Source: Candidatus Methylomirabilia bacterium
GTDB lineage: Bacteria; Methylomirabilota; Methylomirabilia; Rokubacteriales; CSP1-6
Length of the DNA stretch: 64,000 nt
NCBI GenBank assembly: GCA_041496385.1
Contig: JBGQEL010000008.1
Coordinates: forward strand, 22,175-86,174
Direction: 5' to 3'
In this document: positions 30,012 through 38,678 of the stretch, in pieces
How the letters are laid out: the number at the start of each line of letters is the position of its first letter
Position numbering within the stretch: position 1 is the first letter of the stretch
Translations under genes and position numbers: made by a program
The notes under the pieces: generated by a model
Told to the model about the DNA's origin: nothing
Databases searched by the model: none
What the model saw: the letters and a program-made list of their open reading frames with translations, nothing else

Positions 30012-31613
30012 TCAGCGTCCGGCGCGTGCGGCCATGCGCGCGCGCAGCTCGACCAGGGCGCGCTGGAGCTGGAGATCGGCCGCGGGGCTCTGGGCGGCGG
30101 CGGGATCGCCCACCGCCACGATGGTCTCGGGCTCGAGGCCGGTGCCGTCGATCGAACGCCCCTTCGGGGTGTAGTAACGAGCTGTCGTGAGCCGGAGGCC
30201 CGCGCCGTCCGTCAGCGGGATGATGGTCTGGACGGAGCCCTTGCCGAAGGTCTTGTTGCCGACGATCGCCGCGAGACTCCAGTCCTGCAGCGCGCCCGCG
30301 ACGATCTCGGAGGCCGACGCGCTGCCCCCGTTGACGAGCACCACGATCGGGAACCCCGTACGCACCTTCTTGCCGCTCGCGTGGAAACGGGCGTTCTGGT
30401 TCCGGACCCGCCCCTGCGTGTAGACCACGAGTCGTCCCTGGTCGAGGAATTTCTCGGTGACGCCGACCGCGGCCGTGAGCAGCCCGCCGGGATTGTTCCG
30501 GAGGTCGAGCACGAGCCCCTGGAGCGCGCCGTTCGGCCAGGCGCCCAGCGCGGCCTCGAGATCGTCCACGGTCTTCTCCTGGAACTGGCGGATCTTCACG
30601 TAGGCGATGCCGGGCTCGATCTCGCGGCTCTGCACCGAGTGGACACGGATCTGCTCGCGCATCAGCTCGAACTCGCGCGGCGCGCCCCAGCCTTCGCGCA
30701 GGATGCCGATCGTCACCTTCGTCCCCGGACGGCCGCGGATGCGCTTGACCGCGTCCGGCAGCGACATCGCCCCGGCGGGGGTGCCGTCGATCGTGACGAT
30801 GTGGTCGCCCGTCTGGATTCCGGCCCGCTGGGCGGGCGTGTCCTCGATCGGCGCGACCACGCTGAGCCCGTCGTCCTTGCGCGTGAGCTCCATGCCGACG
30901 CCGGCGAAGGTGCCGCTGATGTCCACCTGCATGTCGCGGAAGGTTTCCCGGTCCAGGAACGAGGAGTGCGCGTCGAGGGCGCCGAGACCCCCCTGGAGCA
31001 TGGCCTGCTCGATCTTCGCGAGCTCCACTCCCGCCGCCGTCTCGCGCGCGAGGCTCGCGACGAAGACGAGGTCGCGCAGCACGTCCTCGCGCCCCGTCGG
31101 CGTCGCGAACTGGACGCGCGTGTTCCCGCCGGGCGGCGGGCCGCGGTAGGTGATGGCCGTGCCCTCCCCGTTGGTCGCGACCGCGAAGACACCCTCGGGC
31201 AGGATCCGTTCGAGCGCCCGGAGCCCGCCGAGCCGGAACTGCGCGAAGTCGGGCGCGACCACGTACATCGAATCCGCCAGCGCGACCACCTCGCCGAGGT
31301 GCTTGAGGACGGGGCCCTGCCCCGCCAGCTCGATCAGGACCTCGACGGTCGTGCGCGCGTCGGCCGTGACCGCGACCGCGCGCTCCCAGGTGCGCGTGCC
31401 CTTGCGGGCGACGATCCGGTGCGTCCCGACGGAAACGCTCGGAAGGACCAGCGGGGCGTCGGCGCGCAGGTCGCCGACCCGTTGCTCGTCGACCCACGCC
31501 TCGACGCCCGCCACGGTCGAGGTGAGCGCGAGGGTGCCGGACTGGGCGGCGCTGGAGGGCGGCCAGACGCCAAGGGTCAGGACGAGGACGACGGCCAGAA
31601 CCCGGGCTCTCAC
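30012..31613 (-). CDS. S41 C-terminal processing peptidase with PEGA-like N-terminus and PDZ
   Basis: LDLRNNPGGLL, SASASEIVAGALQD, FGKGSVQ. Confidence 0.9.
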   Translation of the reverse strand: MRARVLAVVLVLTLGVWPPSSAAQSGTLALTSTVAGVEAWVDEQRVGDLRADAPLVLPSVSVGTHRIVARKGTRTWERAVAVTADARTTVEVLIELAGQGPVLKHLGEVVALADSMYVVAPDFAQFRLGGLRALERILPEGVFAVATNGEGTAITYRGPPPGGNTRVQFATPTGREDVLRDLVFVASLARETAAGVELAKIEQAMLQGGLGALDAHSSFLDRETFRDMQVDISGTFAGVGMELTRKDDGLSVVAPIEDTPAQRAGIQTGDHIVTIDGTPAGAMSLPDAVKRIRGRPGTKVTIGILREGWGAPREFELMREQIRVHSVQSREIEPGIAYVKIRQFQEKTVDDLEAALGAWPNGALQGLVLDLRNNPGGLLTAAVGVTEKFLDQGRLVVYTQGRVRNQNARFHASGKKVRTGFPIVVLVNGGSASASEIVAGALQDWSLAAIVGNKTFGKGSVQTIIPLTDGAGLRLTTARYYTPKGRSIDGTGLEPETIVAVGDPAAAQSPAADLQLQRALVELRARMAARAGR

Positions 31614-31658
31614 GGTCGAAATTCTACCGCATCGCGCCAGCCCGGGTTCGGCTCGCCG

Positions 31659-31958
31659 TCACCGGCCGTCGGGGTCGCGGTAGTGCTGGAGGAGGTACGC
31701 GAGCAGTTTCTCTTTGTCCTCGGACGGAATCGGGGCTCCGTATTTGATCATCCGATCGAGCGTGTCCGACCAGCCCTTGGGCCCCAAGCGCTGTTGAACG
31801 GCCACTTCGACGCTGTGGCAGATCACGCAGCGCATGATCAGCTCCCAGCCGGGCGTCTGCGGGATCGGTGGGTTCTGGGCCGGGGCGCTGGCCGGCCGCG
31901 ACGCCATGGTTCCGACGGCCAGCGCCAGGCCGGCCGCGAGCACCGCCCTACGCCACAT
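31659..31958 (-). CDS. Small periplasmic c-type cytochrome (SorB-like)
   Basis: Signal peptide, CVICH, W...RM.KYGA; overlaps upstream Mo enzyme. Confidence 0.75.
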   Translation of the reverse strand: MWRRAVLAAGLALAVGTMASRPASAPAQNPPIPQTPGWELIMRCVICHSVEVAVQQRLGPKGWSDTLDRMIKYGAPIPSEDKEKLLAYLLQHYRDPDGR

Positions 31959-33102
31959 CCACCTTGACGGCGTGGATCACGTTCCAGCGGTAGCCGAGCC
32001 GGTTGAAGGCACGGCTCGCCGGCTGGACGCGCCCCAGGCTGTCCGTGGCGCGCGCCATGACCGTGTGGCTTCCGGCCTTGGCGTCCCAGTCGTATTCCCA
32101 CTTGCGCCAGGAGTACCGGTCCCACGTGCCCGCGAACTTCCCGGCGGTCCAGGTCTGGCCGCCGTCGGTCGAGACGTCGATGCCCGTCAGGTCGCCCTCC
32201 CCGCTCCACGCCCAGCCCCAGACAGCGACGCGCCCGGGCTGCAGCTTGGCCCCGTCGCCGGGCCCGGCGATGATCGACTTCACCTCGAGCGACTGGAGCG
32301 AGTAGATCTCCTTGTCGTCGTCCGCGCGCGGCGCCGTGTAGTTCGACTTCATGTAGAAGCCGTTGAACTCCTCCGTGAGGACCATGATCCGCTCGAGCCA
32401 CTTCATGGATGCCGAGCCCACGAACCCCGGGACCAGCACGCGAGCCGGCCCGCCGTGAAGGTGCGGGATCGGTTTGCCGCTCATCTCGAGCGCGATCATC
32501 GTGTGGTGCTCGACCGCCTTCCACATCGGCACGCTCCGGATGAAGTCGGGCGCCTGGGGCGTCGGCGGCTTGTCCGCGCCGTCGAGGGCGACGTGGCGGG
32601 CGGTCGGCCGTGGCCGGGCGAGCGCGAGCACGTCGGCGAGCCGCACGCCCCGCCAGCGCGCCGTCCCGACCGCCCCGTACTCCCACTGGATGCCCGAGGC
32701 ACGCGGCTTGTGGAACGCGCGCCCGTTGCCGGCGCACTCGAGCGTCACGTCCTGCGCGAACATCGGGAGCTTGCGGAGGTCGTCGAGGCGCAGGACCACG
32801 GGGTTGTCCACCTCGCCCTCGATCGTGAGCGACCACTGCGCGGGATCGATCGGCGCCGCGTCGTAGTTGTTGCGGACGAAGAAGAGCTCCTCCGGCGTGT
32901 AGTAGTCCTTCAGGTCTCCGAGACGCGCCTCGAGGTTGACGGGGCGGCCGCTCCTGACGATCAGCTTCTCCTTGCCGGGAATGGGTGCCGGTGGCTGCTG
33001 GGCCGTCGCGGGGCCGGTCCGCAGGCCGGCGCCCACGGCCGCGACGCCGGTGGCGATGAGGAAGCCGCGCCGCGTGAGGGTGCCGTCCCGGGGATCGCTC
33101 AT
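31948..33102 (-). CDS. Sulfite oxidase family molybdoenzyme (SorA-like), Tat-exported
   Basis: TRRGFL, FFVRN, LECAGNGR, HGGPAR, KWL, RATD. Confidence 0.88.
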   Translation of the reverse strand: MSDPRDGTLTRRGFLIATGVAAVGAGLRTGPATAQQPPAPIPGKEKLIVRSGRPVNLEARLGDLKDYYTPEELFFVRNNYDAAPIDPAQWSLTIEGEVDNPVVLRLDDLRKLPMFAQDVTLECAGNGRAFHKPRASGIQWEYGAVGTARWRGVRLADVLALARPRPTARHVALDGADKPPTPQAPDFIRSVPMWKAVEHHTMIALEMSGKPIPHLHGGPARVLVPGFVGSASMKWLERIMVLTEEFNGFYMKSNYTAPRADDDKEIYSLQSLEVKSIIAGPGDGAKLQPGRVAVWGWAWSGEGDLTGIDVSTDGGQTWTAGKFAGTWDRYSWRKWEYDWDAKAGSHTVMARATDSLGRVQPASRAFNRLGYRWNVIHAVKVDVA

Positions 33103-33174
33103 GGGGAGAGTCTTGCACACGCGCCCCGACTCTTCCACCCCTGGCGTCCCTCTCGACCGTATACCCTCAGTGAG

Positions 33175-33636
33175 ATGGATGAGACGACGTTCACCCGCCA
33201 CGCCGAGGCGTACGCGCGCCGGCTCTACACCGTCGCCTATCGCCTGCTGGGCAACCGCGCCGACGCCGAGGATGCCGTCCAGCGCGCGCTCATGAAGGCG
33301 TTCGCCGCGCGCGCGTCGTACTCGCCGCAGTGGGCGATATCCACGTGGCTCTACCGCGTGCTCTCGAACGTCTGCATCGACGAGCTACGCCGCCGCCGGC
33401 CCCCGCTCGAGGCCCCGCCGGATCCGGGTGAGCGGCGGCCGCCCCGCGTCGAGCGCCTGGACCTGGCGCGCGCGCTCGAACGCGTGCCGCGAGAGGCGCG
33501 GCTCCTGCTGGCACTCCACTACGTGAACGGGCTCTCCTACCGCGAGCTCGCGAAGATCCGAGGTATCTCGATCAACACCGTGAAGAGCCAGCTCGCGCGC
33601 GGCAAGACGATTCTGCGGCGGGCACTGGAGGACTAG
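33175..33636 (+). CDS. ECF RNA polymerase sigma factor
   Basis: DAEDAVQ, TWLYRV, region 4 LSYRELA...TVKSQLARG. Confidence 0.9.
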   Translation: MDETTFTRHAEAYARRLYTVAYRLLGNRADAEDAVQRALMKAFAARASYSPQWAISTWLYRVLSNVCIDELRRRRPPLEAPPDPGERRPPRVERLDLARALERVPREARLLLALHYVNGLSYRELAKIRGISINTVKSQLARGKTILRRALED

Positions 33637-33639
33637 ACG

Positions 33640-34356
33640 ATGGACCGGATGGACACGGCACTCAGAGAGTTCTTCGCGGAGACGACGGCGCCGCGTGGCC
33701 TGGCCCGCCGGCTCGCGCGGCGGCGCCCGGCCGCGCCGCCCACCCTCGAGGATCTGACCGGGCGCTTCCGCATCGAGGCCACGGACCACGGCGTGGTCCG
33801 GCTCTATCCGGGGCGCGGCATCGGCGCGGCGTCGGGCCGTGCACGCCGGCACGCCGAGCGGGCGCGCGAGGAGCTCCACGAGTACCTCGCCGGTCGGCGG
33901 ACGTTCTTCTCGGTGGACGTGGACCTCGCGGGCACGGCGCCCTTCCAGGCGCGGGTGCTCGACGTGGCGCGGAGGATCCCGTTCGGCGCCACGGAGTCGT
34001 ACGCGGAGCTCGCGCGGCGCATCGGCCACCCGCGGGCCGCGCGCGCCGTGGGCAACGCGCTCGGGGCGAATCCCGTGCCCGTGATCGTCCCGTGCCACCG
34101 GGTGATCCGGGGCGACGGCAGCTGGGGCCACTACGCGTTCGGCGGGGAGATGAAGACGCGTCTGCTCGCGCTCGAGCGCGCGACGCCCGCGCTCGTCGGC
34201 TGCACCACGACGCGCATCGTCTGCCGTCGCGGCTGCGCCCACGAGCAGCGGGTCGCGGAGCCGAACCGGGTCGTCTTCGCCTCGGTCGGCGACGCGCGGA
34301 GCGTGGGCTACCGGCCCTGCCGCACCTGCCGGCCGCGTAACGGCAGTGCGAGCTGA
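33640..34356 (+). CDS. Methylated-DNA--protein-cysteine methyltransferase fused to C-terminal Ada metal-binding domain
   Basis: RAVGNA..NP...PCHRV; C-terminal CRRGC...GYRPCRTC. Confidence 0.88.
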   Translation: MDRMDTALREFFAETTAPRGLARRLARRRPAAPPTLEDLTGRFRIEATDHGVVRLYPGRGIGAASGRARRHAERAREELHEYLAGRRTFFSVDVDLAGTAPFQARVLDVARRIPFGATESYAELARRIGHPRAARAVGNALGANPVPVIVPCHRVIRGDGSWGHYAFGGEMKTRLLALERATPALVGCTTTRIVCRRGCAHEQRVAEPNRVVFASVGDARSVGYRPCRTCRPRNGSAS

Positions 34357-34401
34357 GCGCCGCCGCGGCGCGAGGCGAGCGGCGATGCTAAGATCTCGCC
34401 G

Positions 34402-35226
34402 ATGACCACGCGTCGCGTCCTTCCCGTGCTGGCCGCGGTCCTGGTCCTGTCGTGGTGCGCGCCGGCCGGCGCCCAGCAGTTTCCGCTCTTCGATGCGCAC
34501 ATCCACTACAGCCGCCCGGACTGGGACGCCTACACGCCCGAGCGCGCGCTCTCGATCCTCGCGCGGGCGGGCGTCCAGCGCGCCATCGTGTCGAGCACGC
34601 CCGACGACGGAACGCTCAAGCTCTACGACCGCTCCCCGAAGGGCATCGTGCCGTTCCTGCGCCCCTACCGGACCCGCGAGGACATGGGCGGCTGGGCGCG
34701 GGACCCGAGCGTGGCGACGTACGTCGAGGAGCGGCTCAAGCGCGGCGTCCACCGCGGGATCGGCGAGTTCCACCTGGGGGCGGGCGAGGTCGACGCGCCC
34801 GTCGTGAAGCGGATCGCCGAGCTGGCGGCCGAGCGCGACCTGTTCCTGCAGGCGCACGTGGACGACGAGACGATCGAGAAGCTGCTGACACGGTATCCCA
34901 AGGCGCGCTTCCTCTGGGCGCACGCGGGCATGTCCGCCGGACCGAAGACGGTGGCGCGCCTCCTCGATCGCTTCCCGAAGCTCTGGGTCGAGCTGGCGCT
35001 CCGCACCGACGTCGCGCCGGGCGGGGCGCTCGATCCGGAGTGGCGCGCCGTGTTCCTCCGCTATCCCGATCGCTTCCTGGTCGGGACCGACACGTGGGTG
35101 ACCTCGCGCTGGGAGATCGTGGGCGAGGCGATGCGCGCCGTGCAGGCCTGGCTCGGTCAGCTCCCCCGGGACGTGGCCGAGCAGATCGCCTTCAAGAACG
35201 GCGACCGGCTCTTCCCGGCGCCCTAG
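34402..35226 (+). CDS. Secreted amidohydrolase family protein
   Basis: Signal peptide, DAHIH, GIGEFH, WAHAG, GTDT. Confidence 0.8.
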   Translation: MTTRRVLPVLAAVLVLSWCAPAGAQQFPLFDAHIHYSRPDWDAYTPERALSILARAGVQRAIVSSTPDDGTLKLYDRSPKGIVPFLRPYRTREDMGGWARDPSVATYVEERLKRGVHRGIGEFHLGAGEVDAPVVKRIAELAAERDLFLQAHVDDETIEKLLTRYPKARFLWAHAGMSAGPKTVARLLDRFPKLWVELALRTDVAPGGALDPEWRAVFLRYPDRFLVGTDTWVTSRWEIVGEAMRAVQAWLGQLPRDVAEQIAFKNGDRLFPAP

Positions 35227-35227
35227 G

Positions 35228-35644
35228 CTAGGCCAGCGTTTCCACGAGGCGCCGGTCCGACTCGTAGCGGAGCCGGCGGAGCGCCTCGACGCGCTCCACC
35301 CACGCGACCTCGTCCACCTCGTGGTCGTGCTCACCCACCTTCTCGAGTGGCCGCATGCGGAACCAGCGCACCGATTTCCTGACGCGCTGCCCTTCGCGCT
35401 GGAACCAGTACGTGATTTCCTCCAGCTCGCGCACGACCTCGCACCGCCAGCCGGTCTCCTCGCGGACCTCCCGCAGGGCGGCGTCCAGGCTCGACTCGCC
35501 GGGCGCCAGCGTGCCCTTCGGCAGCGTCCACACCGGCCGCTCGCGGAGGTCGCGGGCGCGGATCAGGAGGACACGGGCGTCCTCGTCCACGACGAGCCCG
35601 CCCGCGGAATACTGAAACACTGTGCGCGTCCCTTCCTGGGCCAC
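35228..35644 (-). CDS. NUDIX hydrolase
   Basis: LPKG...GE...AALREVREETG. Confidence 0.88.
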   Translation of the reverse strand: MAQEGTRTVFQYSAGGLVVDEDARVLLIRARDLRERPVWTLPKGTLAPGESSLDAALREVREETGWRCEVVRELEEITYWFQREGQRVRKSVRWFRMRPLEKVGEHDHEVDEVAWVERVEALRRLRYESDRRLVETLA

Positions 35645-35681
35645 GCTCTCATCATACGACGCGCGTGGTAACATCCGCACC

Positions 35682-36116
35682 GTGAGGCGCGCTCTCCTAG
35701 GCGCGATGCTGCCGGCCCTCCTCCTCGCCGCCGCGCCACCCGCCGTTGCCCAGCCGCCGCGCGACGGCGCGGACCGCGAGCGCGCGTTCGTCGAGTCGCT
35801 CGGCCGCGCCGACCCCGCCGCGGCCGAGACCTATGTTGCGCTGCGCGACGCCCGCCAGAAGGCCATGGACGAGCTCCAGCGGGTCGAGGCGCGGTACCGC
35901 GCCGCGGGGCGTGAACTCCGGCCCGTGTTCCTGCCGGAGCTCCGGGAGGCGCGCCGGGCGTACGCCGAGCGCTCGCTCGCGCTGCTCGACTTCCTCGACG
36001 CGCGCGATCGTCAGGCGCTCGCCTCCTACCAGGAGGCGATCGGCCGGATCACCGCGATCCTCGAGGAGCACAGGCAGACGCGGGCGCAGCTCGAGAAGCT
36101 GCTCCGGGAGGAGTGA
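35682..36116 (+). CDS. Secreted helical hypothetical protein
   Basis: Signal peptide then amphipathic helices; GTG start. Confidence 0.6.
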   Translation: MRRALLGAMLPALLLAAAPPAVAQPPRDGADRERAFVESLGRADPAAAETYVALRDARQKAMDELQRVEARYRAAGRELRPVFLPELREARRAYAERSLALLDFLDARDRQALASYQEAIGRITAILEEHRQTRAQLEKLLREE

Positions 36117-36120
36117 GCCG

Positions 36121-37773
36121 ACGCTCGACCTGCTCGCCCACTTCCCCGCGGGCGCCACGCCTCGCCCCGAGCAGCTCCGGCTCCTCGCCGCGCTCGGCGA
36201 CGCGATCGCGGAGGCGCTCGACGACCCGGCGGCGCCGCGCGTGTTCCTCGTCGAGGCCCCGCCGGGCGTCGGCAAGAGCCACGTCGCGATGACGCTCGCG
36301 CGCTGGAGCGGCGACGCCTACCTCCTCACCTCGCAGAAGACGCTCCAGGACCAGTACGAGCGCGAGTTCGGCGGCGAGCTCCAGATCGTCAAGGGTCGCG
36401 ACAACTACGCGTGCGAGCGGTATCCGGGGGCGCGCGTCCCGACCTCGCGCGGGCTGTGCCGCCGGCCGCGCGGGCCGCTCTGCCAGTGCCCGTACGTGCG
36501 CGCGAAGAGCGCTGCGCTCCACGGGCCCATCTTCTGCACCAACACCGCATACTTCGCCACCCTCCGCTACTGGCACGCGGAGCAGCTCCGCCGGCGCCGC
36601 CTCCTCGTCATCGACGAGGCGCATAACCTCGAGTCCCAGCTCGTCTCGGTCTTCACGGTGGGATTCCCGCCCGAGCAGATGCGCGCCTGGTTCGGCGGCC
36701 CGTTGCCGCGCCTCGACGCCGCCGACGCCTACCGGCCGCTGATGCGCGAGCACCTCGAGCAGCTCGGGGGACGGCTCGAGAGCGTGGGGCGCGAGCTCGA
36801 GGCCCTCCGGCCGCCCGACGTCGCCGCGGATCTGTTCCTCCGCATGCCCCCCTCGCGCGCCGAGCAGGAGCTGATCACGCAGCGCGACGAGCTCGAGGGC
36901 GCGCTCGCGCGCCTGCGCTTCTTCGTGGACAGCGAGGACCAGGAATGGGTCGTGCGCTACCCGGAGCACCCGGCAGCGGCCCTCGAGTTGCTGCCGCTCT
37001 CCGTCGCGCCGATGGCGCGCGAGCTGCTCGCCGAGACGGCGGAGCTGACCGTGCTCTCCTCGGCCTACCTCGGTCACCGCGCCGTCGTCGCCGAATGCTT
37101 CGGGCTCGCGGAGGACGGCCTGCGCGTCTTCGGCAGCCCCTCGCCGTTCGCGCTCGAGCAGCGCCGGATCGTCTACCGCCCCGTCGGCGCGCTCTCGCGG
37201 GCCAGTCTCGCGGCGCTCGAGCCCGCGCTCTTCGCCGACGTGGCGGCGCTCCTCGCCGCGCACCCGTCCGAGAAGGGATTGATCCACGCGTCCTCGTACG
37301 CCGCGGGCGAGCGCCTCGTGCGCGACCTGGCCCGGCGCTCACCCGCGACCGCGCGGCGTCTCATCTGGGTGGAGTCGGCGGAGGCGAAGGCGCCCGCGCT
37401 CGAGCGGCACCGCGCGTCGCCGCTCCCGACCGTGCTGGTCTCTCCTTCGCTGCGCGAGGGCGTGGACCTGCCCGACGACTTCCTGCGCTTCCAGATTGTG
37501 ACGAAGCTGCCGTTCCCCGACCTCGGCGACCCGTGGACCGCCGAGCGCCGGGCACGCGACCCGCGCTGGTATGCGCTCGAGACGGCCAAGGCCCTCGTGC
37601 AGGCCTACGGGCGCTCGTGCCGGCACGCCGAGGACCACGGCGTCACGTACGTGCTCGACGCGCAGTTCGAGCGCTTCCTCCAGCGCTACGGCGTGCTGCT
37701 GCCGGAGTGGTTCGTCGACGCCGCCACAGCGGCGCTCCGGGCGCAGCGGCCCGACCGCTGGGAGGAATGGTAG
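36121..37773 (+). CDS. DinG/Rad3-like ATP-dependent DNA helicase
   Basis: EAPPGVGKS, KGRDNYAC, IDEAHNL, EGVD, KLPFP, QAYGRSCR; no in-frame ATG/GTG at expected start. Confidence 0.85.
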   Translation, partial: TLDLLAHFPAGATPRPEQLRLLAALGDAIAEALDDPAAPRVFLVEAPPGVGKSHVAMTLARWSGDAYLLTSQKTLQDQYEREFGGELQIVKGRDNYACERYPGARVPTSRGLCRRPRGPLCQCPYVRAKSAALHGPIFCTNTAYFATLRYWHAEQLRRRRLLVIDEAHNLESQLVSVFTVGFPPEQMRAWFGGPLPRLDAADAYRPLMREHLEQLGGRLESVGRELEALRPPDVAADLFLRMPPSRAEQELITQRDELEGALARLRFFVDSEDQEWVVRYPEHPAAALELLPLSVAPMARELLAETAELTVLSSAYLGHRAVVAECFGLAEDGLRVFGSPSPFALEQRRIVYRPVGALSRASLAALEPALFADVAALLAAHPSEKGLIHASSYAAGERLVRDLARRSPATARRLIWVESAEAKAPALERHRASPLPTVLVSPSLREGVDLPDDFLRFQIVTKLPFPDLGDPWTAERRARDPRWYALETAKALVQAYGRSCRHAEDHGVTYVLDAQFERFLQRYGVLLPEWFVDAATAALRAQRPDRWEEW

Positions 37774-37784
37774 GATAGGCGGCC

Positions 37785-38678
37785 GTGAACACCGGGGACG
37801 TCGACGCCGTCATCCAGACGGTCCGCTTTCAGCTCTATCGAGAAAACGTCTACGGCGCGCTCGAGATCCTCGAGCGCGCCCAGCGCGAGCACCCCGATCC
37901 GCGGTACACGGAGCAGGCGACGCGGATCCGCTCCTGGCTGACCCATCTCGTGAGCCGCGAGGCGTACGTGCAGGCGCAGGAGGCCCAGTACAAGCGGCTC
38001 CGCTGGAAGGCGGGGCTCAAGCTGCTCGAGAAGCGCATCCGCATCTGGCTCGGCCGGAAGACCCGCAGGATGATCGAGCGGCGGGCGGCCGACGCGGAGT
38101 TCGTGCAGCTCGAGCGCGAGGTCGCGCTCGTCCGGCCGCGGCGGGTGCTCGACGCGGGCAGCGGCGAGGGTGGCGTTGCGATGGCGCTCGGCGCGCGGCA
38201 CCCGGAGATGCGGGTCGAGGGCGTCGAAGTGTCGCCGACCAACACGAAGATCGCCAAGCAGCTCAATCGCTTCGGGAACGTCGGCTTCCGTCAGGGGCTC
38301 GCCGAGGAGGTGCACCTCTACTTCCCGCGCGCCTCCTTCGACCTGGTCTACTCGTTCGCCGTGCTCGAGCACGTCCGGGACGTGGACGAAACGGTGCGCG
38401 CGATCGAGACCGTGCTCCGGCCCGGCGGGCGCTTCGCCTTCGTCGTGCCCATGCACGAGTTCCGCGTGACGGGCCCGATCCCCGACTACACGCCGCTCCA
38501 CGGCTACGCGGACCACTGCCGCGTCTTCACCGAGGCCGAGCTGCACGAGCGCTTCGGGCGTCGCCACGACTTTCACCTGACGAAGATCCCGGGCGAGTGG
38601 AAGCACGGCGAGCTGCCGGCCTGCTTCGAGCCGATCGAGTTCGGCGCCTTCTTCGTGTCCTACGCGACGGAGAGCTAG
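37785..38678 (+). CDS. Class I SAM-dependent methyltransferase
   Basis: LDAGSGEG, FDLV...VLEHV, LRPGG. Confidence 0.85.
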   Translation: MNTGDVDAVIQTVRFQLYRENVYGALEILERAQREHPDPRYTEQATRIRSWLTHLVSREAYVQAQEAQYKRLRWKAGLKLLEKRIRIWLGRKTRRMIERRAADAEFVQLEREVALVRPRRVLDAGSGEGGVAMALGARHPEMRVEGVEVSPTNTKIAKQLNRFGNVGFRQGLAEEVHLYFPRASFDLVYSFAVLEHVRDVDETVRAIETVLRPGGRFAFVVPMHEFRVTGPIPDYTPLHGYADHCRVFTEAELHERFGRRHDFHLTKIPGEWKHGELPACFEPIEFGAFFVSYATES

